DNA of 64,000 bases from Candidatus Aminicenantales bacterium (GTDB taxonomy: Bacteria > Acidobacteriota > Aminicenantia > Aminicenantales > UBA4085), in NCBI GenBank assembly GCA_049515535.1, contig JBEKTZ010000007.1, positions 1 to 64,000 of the forward strand, written 5' to 3'. A program made the translations under genes and the position numbers. The notes under the pieces were generated by a model. It did no database searches and was not told the origin of the DNA. It was given only the letters and a program-made list of their open reading frames with translations. Position 1 is the stretch's first letter. Each line of letters begins with the position of its first letter. Positions 38,489 through 48,281 of this stretch are shown here, piece by piece.

Positions 38489-39232
38489 GTGGCTGAGGTA
38501 CCGAAGAAAACCGTCGTCATGATCCCGACGTACAACGAAGCGGGGAATATCCCGGCCCTCGTCCGCGAGATCCTGGCCCTCCCGATCGCGGGCGAACTTC
38601 AAGTCCTCGTGGTGGACGACGATTCGCCGGACGGGACGGGCCGTCTCATGGAAGAAATAGCCGGCCGCGAGCCGCGCGCGCACGTTCTTATCCGCAAGAC
38701 GCGGCGGGGGCGCGGGGCGGCCGGGATCGACGGCTTCAGAGCCGCGCTCGAGATGGGAGCGGACCGCGTCGTCGAAATGGACGGCGATTTCTCCCACCAG
38801 CCGCGCTTCATCCCCGCGCTGCTCGCGGAAGCGGATCGGTGCGACGTTGCGATCGGTTCCCGGTTCGTCCGGGGCGGGGCGGGCTCCGACCGGAGCGTCG
38901 CGCGGAGGACGATCACCTGGTTCGTCCGGCGTTTCATCCGCCGGCGGTTCCGGACGGCGATCCGCGACGTGTCCTCCGGTTTCCGCTGTTTCAAGAGGGA
39001 GGCCCTGGAGCGGGTGGCCCTCGACGACCTCGTTTCCATGGGCCCCTCGGTCGTCCTCGAAATCCTTTACAAGCTGATCCTCATGGACGCGACGATCCGC
39101 GAAGTGCCCATCGTCTTCATCGACCGCGAGCGCGGACGGACGAAGCTCAATGCCTTGATCCTGCTCGAAACGCTCCTCATGGCCTTGAAATTCCCCAAAT
39201 TGTACGGCCGCCCGCGAAAGGACAAGGGGTGA
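38489..39232 (+). CDS. Polyprenol monophosphomannose synthase-like GT2
   Basis: IPTYNEAGNI, VDDDSPDGTG, MDGDFSHQP, IGSRFV, DVSSGFRC, EVPIVFIDR..G.TK. Confidence 0.9.
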   Translation: MAEVPKKTVVMIPTYNEAGNIPALVREILALPIAGELQVLVVDDDSPDGTGRLMEEIAGREPRAHVLIRKTRRGRGAAGIDGFRAALEMGADRVVEMDGDFSHQPRFIPALLAEADRCDVAIGSRFVRGGAGSDRSVARRTITWFVRRFIRRRFRTAIRDVSSGFRCFKREALERVALDDLVSMGPSVVLEILYKLILMDATIREVPIVFIDRERGRTKLNALILLETLLMALKFPKLYGRPRKDKG

Positions 39233-40704
39233 AGAGAGTCCTCCTCGTCTATCCGGGATACATCGTTCGCGAGCAGCCGCTCAACGTTCTTTATGTCGCG
39301 GCCGCGGTTCGAGCCGCGGGCCACGCGGTCGCGTTCTTCGATGTCACGCCTTTCCGCAAGCGTCCCCTGCGGGGAGATCCGTTTCGTCCGATGAAAGAAG
39401 CGTTCGAAGGGACGATCGACGCGTTCAGGCCCGACGTCGTCGGGTTCTCGGTCATGTCCGTCAATTACCTGATCGCGTCGACCCTGGCCGGCGCGGCCAA
39501 GGCCAAACGGCCGGAAGTCCTGACGATCTTCGGCGGAATTCATCCCACCATCGCCCCCGAAGAGACGATTCAGGATCCGGTCGTGGACGTCATCTGCCGA
39601 GGCGAGGGCGAGGGCTCGATGACCGATCTTCTGGCCGCCCTCGACGCCGGCGCCGATCACGCGGCTATCGCCGGTCTGTGGGTGAAAAAAGACGGTCAAA
39701 TCACCCGGAATCCAGTCCGCCCGCTGGAGCAAGGCCTGGACGGCCTCCCTTTTCCCGCCCGCGACCTGCTCGACCGGCGGCGCCTTCGAGCCGAGCTCTA
39801 CGGGATCAATATGCTGTCCTCGCGGGGCTGCCCGTTTCCCTGCGCTTATTGCCAGAACGAATATTTGATGGATCTCTATCGGGGACGGGGACGATTCGTC
39901 CGTTACCGCTCGCTCGACAACGTGTTCGCCGAGATCGACGAGGTCATCGGGACGTATCATCCTTCCCGTCTTTCGTTCTCGGATGAATCGTTCACGCTGC
40001 ATAAGGCGCGCCTCGCGGAATTCTGCGAGCGCTATGCGAAACGGTATTCGATTCCCTTCCTCTGCCAGACTCGGCCCGACCTCGTCGACGAGGAGGTCGT
40101 CCGGACGCTTCGGGCCGGCGGCTGCGATTTCATCAACATGGCCATCGAATCCGGGAACCCGGAAATCCGGAACGGGGTTCTGGGGCGCGACATCCCGACC
40201 GGGAAGATCGTCGAGGCCTTCTCCCTCGCCCGCCGCTACGGCATCCGGACCGGAAGCTTCAACATGATCGGCCTGCCTAAAGAAGATATGCCCGCGGTTT
40301 GGGACACGATTCGCCTCAACAAACGGCTCCAGCCCGACCGGATCATGTGCACGGTCTATATGCCGTTCCTCGGGACCAAGCTCGGCGAGGACTGCATCCG
40401 GGACGGCTGGCTCGAGCATCCGATCGACGACGCCGAAGTCTATTACACGAACATCGCCATCAACCACCCCGGGCTGTCCGCGAAAACGCTTTTCGGATAT
40501 CAGGGGTTTTTCGACTACTATGTCCGCCTTCCGAAGGCGCTTTATCCTGCGGTCCATGCCCTTCGCCGGATCTACCAGCTCCTGCCGCGGACGAACTACC
40601 GGCTTTCCCCATTGATTCGCGCCGCCAGGGAAGGTATCATTAATTTGGTCTATGATATGAAAAGAATCCTGCCCAGCCGGGGCTTTTTTATGAAAACGCG
40701 CTGA
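39229..40704 (+). CDS. B12-binding domain radical SAM protein
   Basis: GTG overlaps the upstream TGA; GGIHPT, GEGE, SRGCPFPCAYC, IESG. Confidence 0.9.
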   Translation: MKRVLLVYPGYIVREQPLNVLYVAAAVRAAGHAVAFFDVTPFRKRPLRGDPFRPMKEAFEGTIDAFRPDVVGFSVMSVNYLIASTLAGAAKAKRPEVLTIFGGIHPTIAPEETIQDPVVDVICRGEGEGSMTDLLAALDAGADHAAIAGLWVKKDGQITRNPVRPLEQGLDGLPFPARDLLDRRRLRAELYGINMLSSRGCPFPCAYCQNEYLMDLYRGRGRFVRYRSLDNVFAEIDEVIGTYHPSRLSFSDESFTLHKARLAEFCERYAKRYSIPFLCQTRPDLVDEEVVRTLRAGGCDFINMAIESGNPEIRNGVLGRDIPTGKIVEAFSLARRYGIRTGSFNMIGLPKEDMPAVWDTIRLNKRLQPDRIMCTVYMPFLGTKLGEDCIRDGWLEHPIDDAEVYYTNIAINHPGLSAKTLFGYQGFFDYYVRLPKALYPAVHALRRIYQLLPRTNYRLSPLIRAAREGIINLVYDMKRILPSRGFFMKTR

Positions 40705-40818
40705 CGAAGAACGGCTCTTGGGGCGGAGCGCGACAGCGGACGGAGCCCCGGGCTTTGCCCGGGGGTCCACTTCCGCGGCGAAGGCTCGTCCCTTGACACG
40801 AACGAAGGAGGTTCGGCC

Positions 40819-41739
40819 ATGAAGATCTGTGTCACCGGCGGATCCGGCTTTATCGGAAGCCATCTCGTCCAGAAGCTGTTGGCCAAAGGCTATGACGTTT
40901 CCGTCCTGGACCTGCGCAAACCCGTTCAGGACGTCGAGTGGATCAGGAAAGATATCCGGGAAGACCTCGGCAATCTCTTTTCGAACTACAGCTTCGTGTT
41001 CCATCTGGCGGCTTTGGCCAACGCCCGGAAATCCTCGGAGGACCCGAAGCTCTGTCACGACATGAACATCAAGGGGACGCTGAACGTCCTGAACGCCGCC
41101 CTGAACGGCAACGTCGAACGCGTGCTGCTGGCCTCGAGCTCCTGGGTCTGCGGGGCGCAGGAGGGCGACATGGTCAACGAACGGAGCCCGTTCCAGCTGG
41201 ACAACATCAACACCATCTACGGGGCCAGCAAGATCGGCCAGGAGCTCCTCTGCTTTTCGTTCTTCAGCGAATACAAGGGCCCGAAATACACGGTTTTTCG
41301 CTACGGTATTCCCTACGGCGAACGCATGTGGCGGGGCCTCGTCGTCCGGGCGTTCATGGAAATGGCCGAGCGGATTGGCGAACTGAGCATCATGGGCGAC
41401 GGCAAGCAGTTCCGGGAATTCATGTATGTCGGGGACCTCGTCGACGCGCATCTCCATGCCTTGAAGCCGGTGGCCGAAAACAAGATCTACAACCTGACCG
41501 GGGGCCATCCGATCACGATCGAAGAGATCGCCAAAGAGGTCGTCAAACATTTCCCGGCCAAGATCGATTACATTCCCCAGGCGCGGGTCGAGCCGAAGAT
41601 CAAACGCGTCCACAACTGGCTGGCCGAGAACGAGCTGGGCTGGGTGCCCAAGACGAAGCTGGAGGACGGCATCCGCATCTGCGCCGAGTGGTGGAAGACG
41701 CTGACGAACGAGCAGAAGCAGGAAGAGTACTGGTGCTGA
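40819..41739 (+). CDS. NAD-dependent epimerase/dehydratase
   Basis: TGGSGFIG, YGASK, GDGKQFREF; AAGGAGG RBS. Confidence 0.93.
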   Translation: MKICVTGGSGFIGSHLVQKLLAKGYDVSVLDLRKPVQDVEWIRKDIREDLGNLFSNYSFVFHLAALANARKSSEDPKLCHDMNIKGTLNVLNAALNGNVERVLLASSSWVCGAQEGDMVNERSPFQLDNINTIYGASKIGQELLCFSFFSEYKGPKYTVFRYGIPYGERMWRGLVVRAFMEMAERIGELSIMGDGKQFREFMYVGDLVDAHLHALKPVAENKIYNLTGGHPITIEEIAKEVVKHFPAKIDYIPQARVEPKIKRVHNWLAENELGWVPKTKLEDGIRICAEWWKTLTNEQKQEEYWC

Positions 41740-42471
41740 GTGATCCATTTCGTTATCCCGTTTTACAATAACGAGATCAGCCTGGCGGAAAACGTCGGAG
41801 CTATCCGGTCCTTCCTGGCGAAAGAGCTCCCGGGCGAATTCGAGATCGTCCTCTGCGACGACGGCAGCACGGACGGCGCGCTCGCGGCGGCTCGAAATAT
41901 CCAGCGCTCAGCTCCGGATGTCCGGGTCATCGGCTATGCCGCCAACCGGGGACGGGGGCACGCGGTCCGCTTCGCGGCGTTATCCTGTTCCGGCGGGCAG
42001 TTGATTTTTTCCGATCTCGACTTATCCCGGACCACGGACCTCCGACACATCCTGGATATGAAAGACCGGCTGAAGGACGTTCCCGTCGTCGTCGGCTCCC
42101 GGTTTCTCCGCGCATCGACCACGCGGCGCATCTGGCGGCGGGCCGTGATCGGCCGGGCGCACCGGTTCTTCGTCCGCTTTTTTTTCCCGGATTTGAAGAT
42201 CAAGGATCCGGATGCCGGGTTCAAAGGGTTCGATCTGGGCCGGCTGCAAAAGATGAGCCGGGTCAGTCTCATGGACCGCTGGTCCTGGGACCTGGAGGTT
42301 CTCGTTATCGCCAGGGCCAACGGCCTGCCGATCGCCGAGATCCCCATCGATTGGAACGAAAGGCATTCCGCTTACGCATCCTCGGTCAAGATCATCCGGG
42401 ATGGTTGGGAGGAATTCAGGGGGATGTTCCGAATCCGGGGAAACCTCAAGAAGGGCCGGTACAGGATCTAA
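41740..42471 (+). CDS. GT2 (dolichyl-phosphate glucosyltransferase-like)
   Basis: IPFYN, DDGSTD, NRGRG, FSDLD, GSRF, D..AGFK, WDLEVL. Confidence 0.88.
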   Translation: MIHFVIPFYNNEISLAENVGAIRSFLAKELPGEFEIVLCDDGSTDGALAAARNIQRSAPDVRVIGYAANRGRGHAVRFAALSCSGGQLIFSDLDLSRTTDLRHILDMKDRLKDVPVVVGSRFLRASTTRRIWRRAVIGRAHRFFVRFFFPDLKIKDPDAGFKGFDLGRLQKMSRVSLMDRWSWDLEVLVIARANGLPIAEIPIDWNERHSAYASSVKIIRDGWEEFRGMFRIRGNLKKGRYRI

Positions 42472-44846
42472 TCGACCTTCAGATTCTCCAGATACGCCGC
42501 GGTCCTCCAGTGATCACTTTTATCGGAGATGACCATGGCGTATTTGAATTTGAGAGTGATAATACAAGGGCTGCCGTCGGAGGGAAAGAAGCGGCCGTCG
42601 ATTTCCAGCGTATTGTGGCCGTCGGGGAGCGTTTTGCGGCCCGCGAACCGATCATTCACGAAGATGTCGACGACCTGGGGAAAGTCCCCGCTCCAGTAAA
42701 TGATGTCGGCAAAATTGAAGGGCGAATAGAGCTTCAGGGATATTTTCGACGATTCTCCGAGCGGCCGGTTGATCCGGAAACGGGCGTCTTTATCAAGAGC
42801 CTGCCAATTCCTGCCCGTCGCGCTTTCATGGGGGCCGAAGCCCGAAAGGAATTCCACGTCGTTTTTTTTCAACGCTCCGGGCGGCGCGGGAAGATCGAGG
42901 TCTTTTTCCCGGAGCGTCGAATCCAGATAGAGGCCCTGGGCGTCGAGAAAATATTTGAGGCGCACCCGCCGCTCCGGGGGATAGGGAACGTGGACCGAAA
43001 ATTTTTCGCCCGGCCCGATGGGTGTGAAAGCGGCGCAGGACCCCGGGATCTCGACGTTGATCCGAAAGCCGCCCCCCAGGAGCGGGGGGCTGGCCGTGAA
43101 GCGGATTTCGAGATTGGCGGCCGTCGCTTCAATGCCGGCGAGCGTCACGTTGGGGACGTCGTCGGGCGGGTAGAACATATTTTTCCGATAGATGTATCCG
43201 TTGATGCCGGAGAACAGGAGGAATTGCCGGATCGTCTTTTTTTCGTATGTCTTATGCAGCCGGCCGAGGAGGGTTTCCAGCGCCTGCGCGTTTTTGTTTT
43301 CATCCGGTTCCCTGAGGAAAAAAATCCGGTTCGTGCGGACGCCCTCGCTGTCGCGGATCAGCCGGTAGTAGGGATATCTCTCGACCGTGGTTGAAGCGAC
43401 GATAAGCCGCTCCCTGGAAACGGCATTGATGAGATAAGAGACCCAGTAATCGCCGTCCCAATACTTTTCCCCCGTGGCGGTCATGGCCGCCATGACATCC
43501 CTCAAATCCGCGTGCAGGTCCTTGATTTCTCCGAAATGGGCGAGGCTGGCTTTCGCCCCGCCCCCGAGAAAGACGAGAACGAAGAGCAGGCCCGTAAGAG
43601 CATAACGCGGGGCCTTTGGCTTGATCCACAGGAAGGCGGCCGCGAACAGCACGGGGAGAGCGAGATAAAGAACGTACAAATAGCGGATCGTCTCGTCGGA
43701 GCTCGACGCGGACAGAAGATAAACGGCTGTAAAAACCAGGGAATAGACGGCGAACAGGCTCGAAGACCTCAGCCTTTTCGTCTTTAGGGATGGGATGACG
43801 ATTACGGCGAGGCCGAGGAGGAGGAGAGCGAGAGAGATGACGCTGATGAAGCCGGAGCCGGACGACAGCAATCCCAAGGTGAGGCGCCCGAGTCGGACGA
43901 CTTTGTTCCCCTTCAGGAGTCCGGCCGTCTCTCCCCCGAACAGCATGCGCATCAGCGGGAAATGCCAATAGATCTCGCCGATGAAGAGGGGCAGCAGGCC
44001 GAGGGCGAAAGACCAGGCCAGAGTCCAATACCTTTTCATCCGGAATTTATAGCGCAGGGCGAGAAAGATCGCCGAGGTCAGGATGAAGACAATCGCGATC
44101 TGGTGCGTCCAAAACGCCAGCCCCATGACGAAACCCAAGGTTCCGAGGAGCCGATCCATACCCTGATCGTAGATCTTGCGGGTCAGAATGAAGATCAGGC
44201 TTCCGAAAAGGAAAACCACGGGAAAGCCCGATCCGATGTCGAAACTCGATAAGATGAGATGCTTGAACGGCAGGCAATAGAACAAACAAACCGAGGTCGC
44301 GAACCCGCTCGAAAAGAGGTTTTTGAGAAGAAAGAATTGGGCGAGGAGAAACGCCGTGAACGCCAAATAGGCCGCCAGCTTGACCAAAAGGATCGAATAG
44401 CCGAAGAGCCTGAAAAGCAGGGCGTAGTAGTGCTGGGGAAGGCTCCCTTGGAACCGGGCGCTGTAATAGTAGAGCGTCGGCATTTTGCCTTCGGCGATAT
44501 GTTTTCCCTGGAGGGCGGGGATGGCCTCATCGCTGTCCATGAGGCCGTTATGATGGACGAGATAGGGAACGTGGACGGCCGTCGAGAGAACGAGAATGAG
44601 GGCCAGAGCGATTCCGTCTTTTGGAGATGGGAATCGGAGTTTGGGCGGCGCCGACTTGAATTTGGCGAAGGCGCGGATCGCGGTGATGAGGATCAGCGGG
44701 ACCAGAGGAATGGCCGAAGAAATATGGATCTTCTTGAACAGGAGGAAGTTGTCCTTGAACCAGAGAAAGACGAACGCCGCGTAAAAAAAGATCTGCAGAA
44801 GTTTGAGGATATTCGCGGTCCGGCGGCTTAGAAGATTGATGGACAT
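42468..44846 (-). CDS. GT-C-like membrane glycosyltransferase with large C-terminal soluble region
   Basis: DSDEA...HIAEG loop, GLAFWT, RY; many TM segments. Confidence 0.75.
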   Translation of the reverse strand: MSINLLSRRTANILKLLQIFFYAAFVFLWFKDNFLLFKKIHISSAIPLVPLILITAIRAFAKFKSAPPKLRFPSPKDGIALALILVLSTAVHVPYLVHHNGLMDSDEAIPALQGKHIAEGKMPTLYYYSARFQGSLPQHYYALLFRLFGYSILLVKLAAYLAFTAFLLAQFFLLKNLFSSGFATSVCLFYCLPFKHLILSSFDIGSGFPVVFLFGSLIFILTRKIYDQGMDRLLGTLGFVMGLAFWTHQIAIVFILTSAIFLALRYKFRMKRYWTLAWSFALGLLPLFIGEIYWHFPLMRMLFGGETAGLLKGNKVVRLGRLTLGLLSSGSGFISVISLALLLLGLAVIVIPSLKTKRLRSSSLFAVYSLVFTAVYLLSASSSDETIRYLYVLYLALPVLFAAAFLWIKPKAPRYALTGLLFVLVFLGGGAKASLAHFGEIKDLHADLRDVMAAMTATGEKYWDGDYWVSYLINAVSRERLIVASTTVERYPYYRLIRDSEGVRTNRIFFLREPDENKNAQALETLLGRLHKTYEKKTIRQFLLFSGINGYIYRKNMFYPPDDVPNVTLAGIEATAANLEIRFTASPPLLGGGFRINVEIPGSCAAFTPIGPGEKFSVHVPYPPERRVRLKYFLDAQGLYLDSTLREKDLDLPAPPGALKKNDVEFLSGFGPHESATGRNWQALDKDARFRINRPLGESSKISLKLYSPFNFADIIYWSGDFPQVVDIFVNDRFAGRKTLPDGHNTLEIDGRFFPSDGSPCIITLKFKYAMVISDKSDHWRTAAYLENLKVD

Positions 44847-44990
44847 GAGTTGTTCGACGACCCGACGCCCGAGATCATAACCTAAAAAAAACGGCGATTC
44901 AAGGCGCGAAAAGCGAAAACAGCAGCCGTGATCCAGTCCTGGCGCGATGGACAGCGGCCGCGTTTCCGACTAAAATAACGGGGCCCAACC

Positions 44991-45968
44991 ATGTCGAACA
45001 CAATGCGCTATTACCGCCGGCTGGCCTCCGTTTTCCGGAGCTACAAGAAAAAACGGACGCGGCTTCCCTACCTTCCCTTGCGTCTCTGGATCGAGCCGAC
45101 GAGCGTCTGTAACCTTCGCTGCGTCATGTGCCCCAACAAAGACCTCGAGAAGGCCCAAAAGGGAGATATGGACTTCGCCCTCTTCAAGAAGATCATCGAC
45201 GAGGTCTCGCGGTTCGCCTTCGACGTCAATCTCCACCACCGCGGCGAGTCCCTCCTCCACCCGGATTTTTTCCGGATGATCGCCTACGCTCACGGCGCCG
45301 GCCTCGTCACCCGCCTCCATACGAACGGGACGATGCTCGACGAGGATAAATCCCGCCGCCTGATCGAAGCCGGACTCGATCAAGTCGCTTTTTCCTTCGA
45401 CGGCTACGACGCGGAGACGTATGAGCGCATCCGGGTCAACGCCGATTTCGAAGAGACCGTCGGCCGCATCATCCGTTTTCTGGAGATCAAGAAAGAGCTT
45501 GGAGCCCGGAAGCCCGTGACGCTCATCGAGCTGATCGACCAGCCCGGCCTGCGCGAGAGCGTGGAGAAATCGCGGACGGCCTTCATGGCCAGGTTCAAAG
45601 GGCTGCCGCTCGACAAGGTCTTCGTCAAGGAGCCGCACAACTGGGCCGGCGAGACGGGAGAGGTCCGCGAGAAGACAACCTACTCGCCTTGCACGTTTTT
45701 GTGGCAGGCCTTGGTCATCTTCTGGGACGGCGAGGTCCTGCCCTGCGCCCAGGACTTCTTCGGCTATTACAAGCTCGGGAATGTCGGCGATTCTTCGATC
45801 GCGGAAATCTGGAACAACGACAGAATGATCGCGCTGCGTGAGAAGATCGTCCGCGGCGATATTGACGGCCTCAAAACCTGCGGCCGGTGCGACCGTCTCT
45901 GGCGGCGGCAGATCTTCGGGATTCCCAGGGAATACCTGGGCCGCTTCCTGCTCAAAAAAATGGAATGA
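44991..45968 (+). CDS. Radical SAM/SPASM(twitch) domain protein
   Basis: IEPTSVCNLRCVMC, GESLLHP, TNG, SFDG; C-terminal C...WDG.V.PC..D...LGN...C..C. Confidence 0.92.
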   Translation: MSNTMRYYRRLASVFRSYKKKRTRLPYLPLRLWIEPTSVCNLRCVMCPNKDLEKAQKGDMDFALFKKIIDEVSRFAFDVNLHHRGESLLHPDFFRMIAYAHGAGLVTRLHTNGTMLDEDKSRRLIEAGLDQVAFSFDGYDAETYERIRVNADFEETVGRIIRFLEIKKELGARKPVTLIELIDQPGLRESVEKSRTAFMARFKGLPLDKVFVKEPHNWAGETGEVREKTTYSPCTFLWQALVIFWDGEVLPCAQDFFGYYKLGNVGDSSIAEIWNNDRMIALREKIVRGDIDGLKTCGRCDRLWRRQIFGIPREYLGRFLLKKME

Positions 45969-45988
45969 GGCGAGGAACGACCGCCCCG

Positions 45989-46012
45989 CGCGCCGCGCTT
46001 TTTCGCGGCGCG
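45989..46012. terminator. GC hairpin between convergent genes
   Basis: 9-bp stem CGCGCCGCG/CGCGGCGCG; no clear U-tract. Confidence 0.45.
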
Positions 46013-46025
46013 GCGAACCCGTCCG

Positions 46026-46856
46026 CTAGACGGCCGGGGTTTTCAGAGACTTGACGAATTCTCCGTAGGGAATGATCCGGAATCCCTTGTTCACGATCGC
46101 GTCGAGCCTGTTGAACACGCACTTCCGGTTGTAATACATCAAAAAATTGTAGAACCGGCTGTCGTCAATGTCCGGATTCATGAAGCGTTCCTGCTCCATA
46201 TCGATGTCATAAGGGTGGCAGTAGCCGAGGAGCGGCCTCCCCGAGCCGAGATATTTTTTGGCCGTCCGGGAAACGAACAATCGGGGCAGGACGCGAAAAT
46301 AAACGCCTCCGGCCGGAGGGATGACGAGGGGACCGAACCGGGCGACGGTCATCGGCAATTCCCATAGGCCCTCCACCTTCTTCGGCTGAGGGCCGAATTC
46401 GGGCCAACCGTAAAACGGGTTCCTGGCGGGAAGGACCGAACTCGAATAGGCGAATCCAAGGTCCCTGAGAATAGGATAAGCCCAGGCCGTCGCCGCGGTC
46501 AAAGAAAAGATGGGCGCCCGGAAGCCTCGGACGTTTTTGACGCCCGCCTTCAGCAGGGATTCAATGTTCCGCTTGAGGTCGCTCTTGAATTCGTCCGGCG
46601 TTTGGCGGTCGAGCGGAATATGGCGAGACGTGTGGCAGCCGATTTCGTGGCCCGCCGCGACGATCTCCTTGATGAGGGCGGGATAAGCCTCCGCCACGTC
46701 GCCGACCGCGAAAAACGTGCATCGGCAATCATGTTTCTTGAGCCATTCCAAATAGCGCCGCGTATTCTCCGGGACCCGCTCCCGATATCGCCGGCCGTCC
46801 TTGACCTGGAAACGCACGTCCTCCAAATCGACGCTGAAAAGATAAATATTATCCAT
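46026..46856 (-). CDS. Polysaccharide deacetylase (DUF3473-containing type)
   Basis: SVDLED, TFF, GHEIGCH..H, GFRAPIFS, YSSS, GGVYFR, HPYD. Confidence 0.9.
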   Translation of the reverse strand: MDNIYLFSVDLEDVRFQVKDGRRYRERVPENTRRYLEWLKKHDCRCTFFAVGDVAEAYPALIKEIVAAGHEIGCHTSRHIPLDRQTPDEFKSDLKRNIESLLKAGVKNVRGFRAPIFSLTAATAWAYPILRDLGFAYSSSVLPARNPFYGWPEFGPQPKKVEGLWELPMTVARFGPLVIPPAGGVYFRVLPRLFVSRTAKKYLGSGRPLLGYCHPYDIDMEQERFMNPDIDDSRFYNFLMYYNRKCVFNRLDAIVNKGFRIIPYGEFVKSLKTPAV

Positions 46857-46867
46857 GGGCGGTTCCT

Positions 46868-47422
46868 TTAATGCCAGTCCGGGAAGAGGATTCTTTCGAA
46901 TCCGGAAAAGAGGGGAATCACCCGTCGGGATTCCACTTTCACGAGAAAAAGCGACCAACGGCCTTGATTGGGGAAATGCTGGAGGCTCGAGCAGAAGGCG
47001 ATATATTTGCCGTCGGGCGACCAGGCCGGTTCAGTCGCGTCGGACGGCGAATCGACGATGGCCTTGATGCCCGAACCGTCTTCGTTCATGACGAAGATGC
47101 CAAAGCGGCCCCCGGGATTGGCGCTGAAGGCGATCCGCGTTCCGTCGGGTGACCAGCGCGGATACTGGTCGCTCCAGGAATTGGCGGTGAGCTTCCGGAT
47201 CCCGCCGGAGGTCATCCGGTAAATGTCGTCGTCGCCGTCCGCGTCGGATTGAAAGATGATCTTTCCGCGGAACGGGAAATCGGGCTTCAGGGCGATTTGG
47301 GCGGCAGGGGACGGCGGGATCTTTTCCGGATCTTCGGATTTTGGCGCGCAGGCCGCGGACCCGAGCCCCAACAAAAGGAGCGAGACGGCCAGCCCCGGAA
47401 TCCTGTTCATCGGCTTTTTCAT
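46868..47422 (-). CDS. Short TolB-like/PD40-repeat lipoprotein
   Basis: Lipobox-like GSAAC; PRWSPDG and PAWSPDG repeats; ends FPDWH. Confidence 0.7.
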   Translation of the reverse strand: MKKPMNRIPGLAVSLLLLGLGSAACAPKSEDPEKIPPSPAAQIALKPDFPFRGKIIFQSDADGDDDIYRMTSGGIRKLTANSWSDQYPRWSPDGTRIAFSANPGGRFGIFVMNEDGSGIKAIVDSPSDATEPAWSPDGKYIAFCSSLQHFPNQGRWSLFLVKVESRRVIPLFSGFERILFPDWH

Positions 47423-47481
47423 TTTAATGGAATGATCCGAAAAAGAAAATGACAAAGAGCGCCGAATAGGGCCCGACAAAT

Positions 47482-48249
47482 TCAGGGTTTTTCGGTCTCG
47501 GCCAATTCCCGCCGGTCGGAGATCCTCAGGGCACGGCTCCCGAGGGCGTAGGAAAAATCCGGGAGAGACGCAGCCACCACGGCGCCCGCGCCGACGACGC
47601 TTCCCCGCCCGATGGATACGCCGTCGAGAACGATGACTCCCGCCCCGAGCCAAACGTCCTCGCCGATGGCGATCCCGCCCTTGTCGAGCGACGGCTGGAA
47701 CATGATCGGCGCGGTCGTGTCGGTGATCCTGTGATTGCCGCCGGCCACAAGATAACACTCGCCGGCGAGGAAGGAGTATCGGCCCAGCCGGATCTCGGTC
47801 TCGCTGAGCAGGCTGCAATTGGCTGAAATGTTGACGTAGTCGTCGAGGACAATCGAGCCTTCCTTGCAGCTCAGGGCCGTGTTCCGGCCGATGTAGACGT
47901 TGGCTCCGACGCGGATGCCCTCGTTCGCCTCGCCCTTGGCGTCGAGGACGGCGTTATCGTCGATGAAGGAGTTGTCGCCGATCACGATCTTGTGCGGATG
48001 ACGGAGAGTGATGTTGCGTCCGAAAACGACGCCTTTCCCCACCCTCTTCATGAGGCGGGGATAGAAGATCTTCCGGAGCCAGAGGCCGATCGCGCCGGGC
48101 GCGGCGCAGACGAACATGGTGACGAATTCGTATTTCAGAATCGCCCACAATCCCTTTCGGCCGATGAACAGGCTCCTGTATTTGGCGGAGAGGCGCCTGC
48201 TCCGGTCGATGAGCTCTTTCTGGGTGCTGGCGGGATACTCTTGAGGCAT
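47482..48249 (-). CDS. Hexapeptide-repeat (LbH) acyltransferase
   Basis: IGDNSFI, IGEDVWLGAG, IGRGSVVGAGAVV. Confidence 0.9.
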   Translation of the reverse strand: MPQEYPASTQKELIDRSRRLSAKYRSLFIGRKGLWAILKYEFVTMFVCAAPGAIGLWLRKIFYPRLMKRVGKGVVFGRNITLRHPHKIVIGDNSFIDDNAVLDAKGEANEGIRVGANVYIGRNTALSCKEGSIVLDDYVNISANCSLLSETEIRLGRYSFLAGECYLVAGGNHRITDTTAPIMFQPSLDKGGIAIGEDVWLGAGVIVLDGVSIGRGSVVGAGAVVAASLPDFSYALGSRALRISDRRELAETEKP

Positions 48250-48281
48250 TTGATTTTAATCTAGCACAACCCTCTTTTTTT

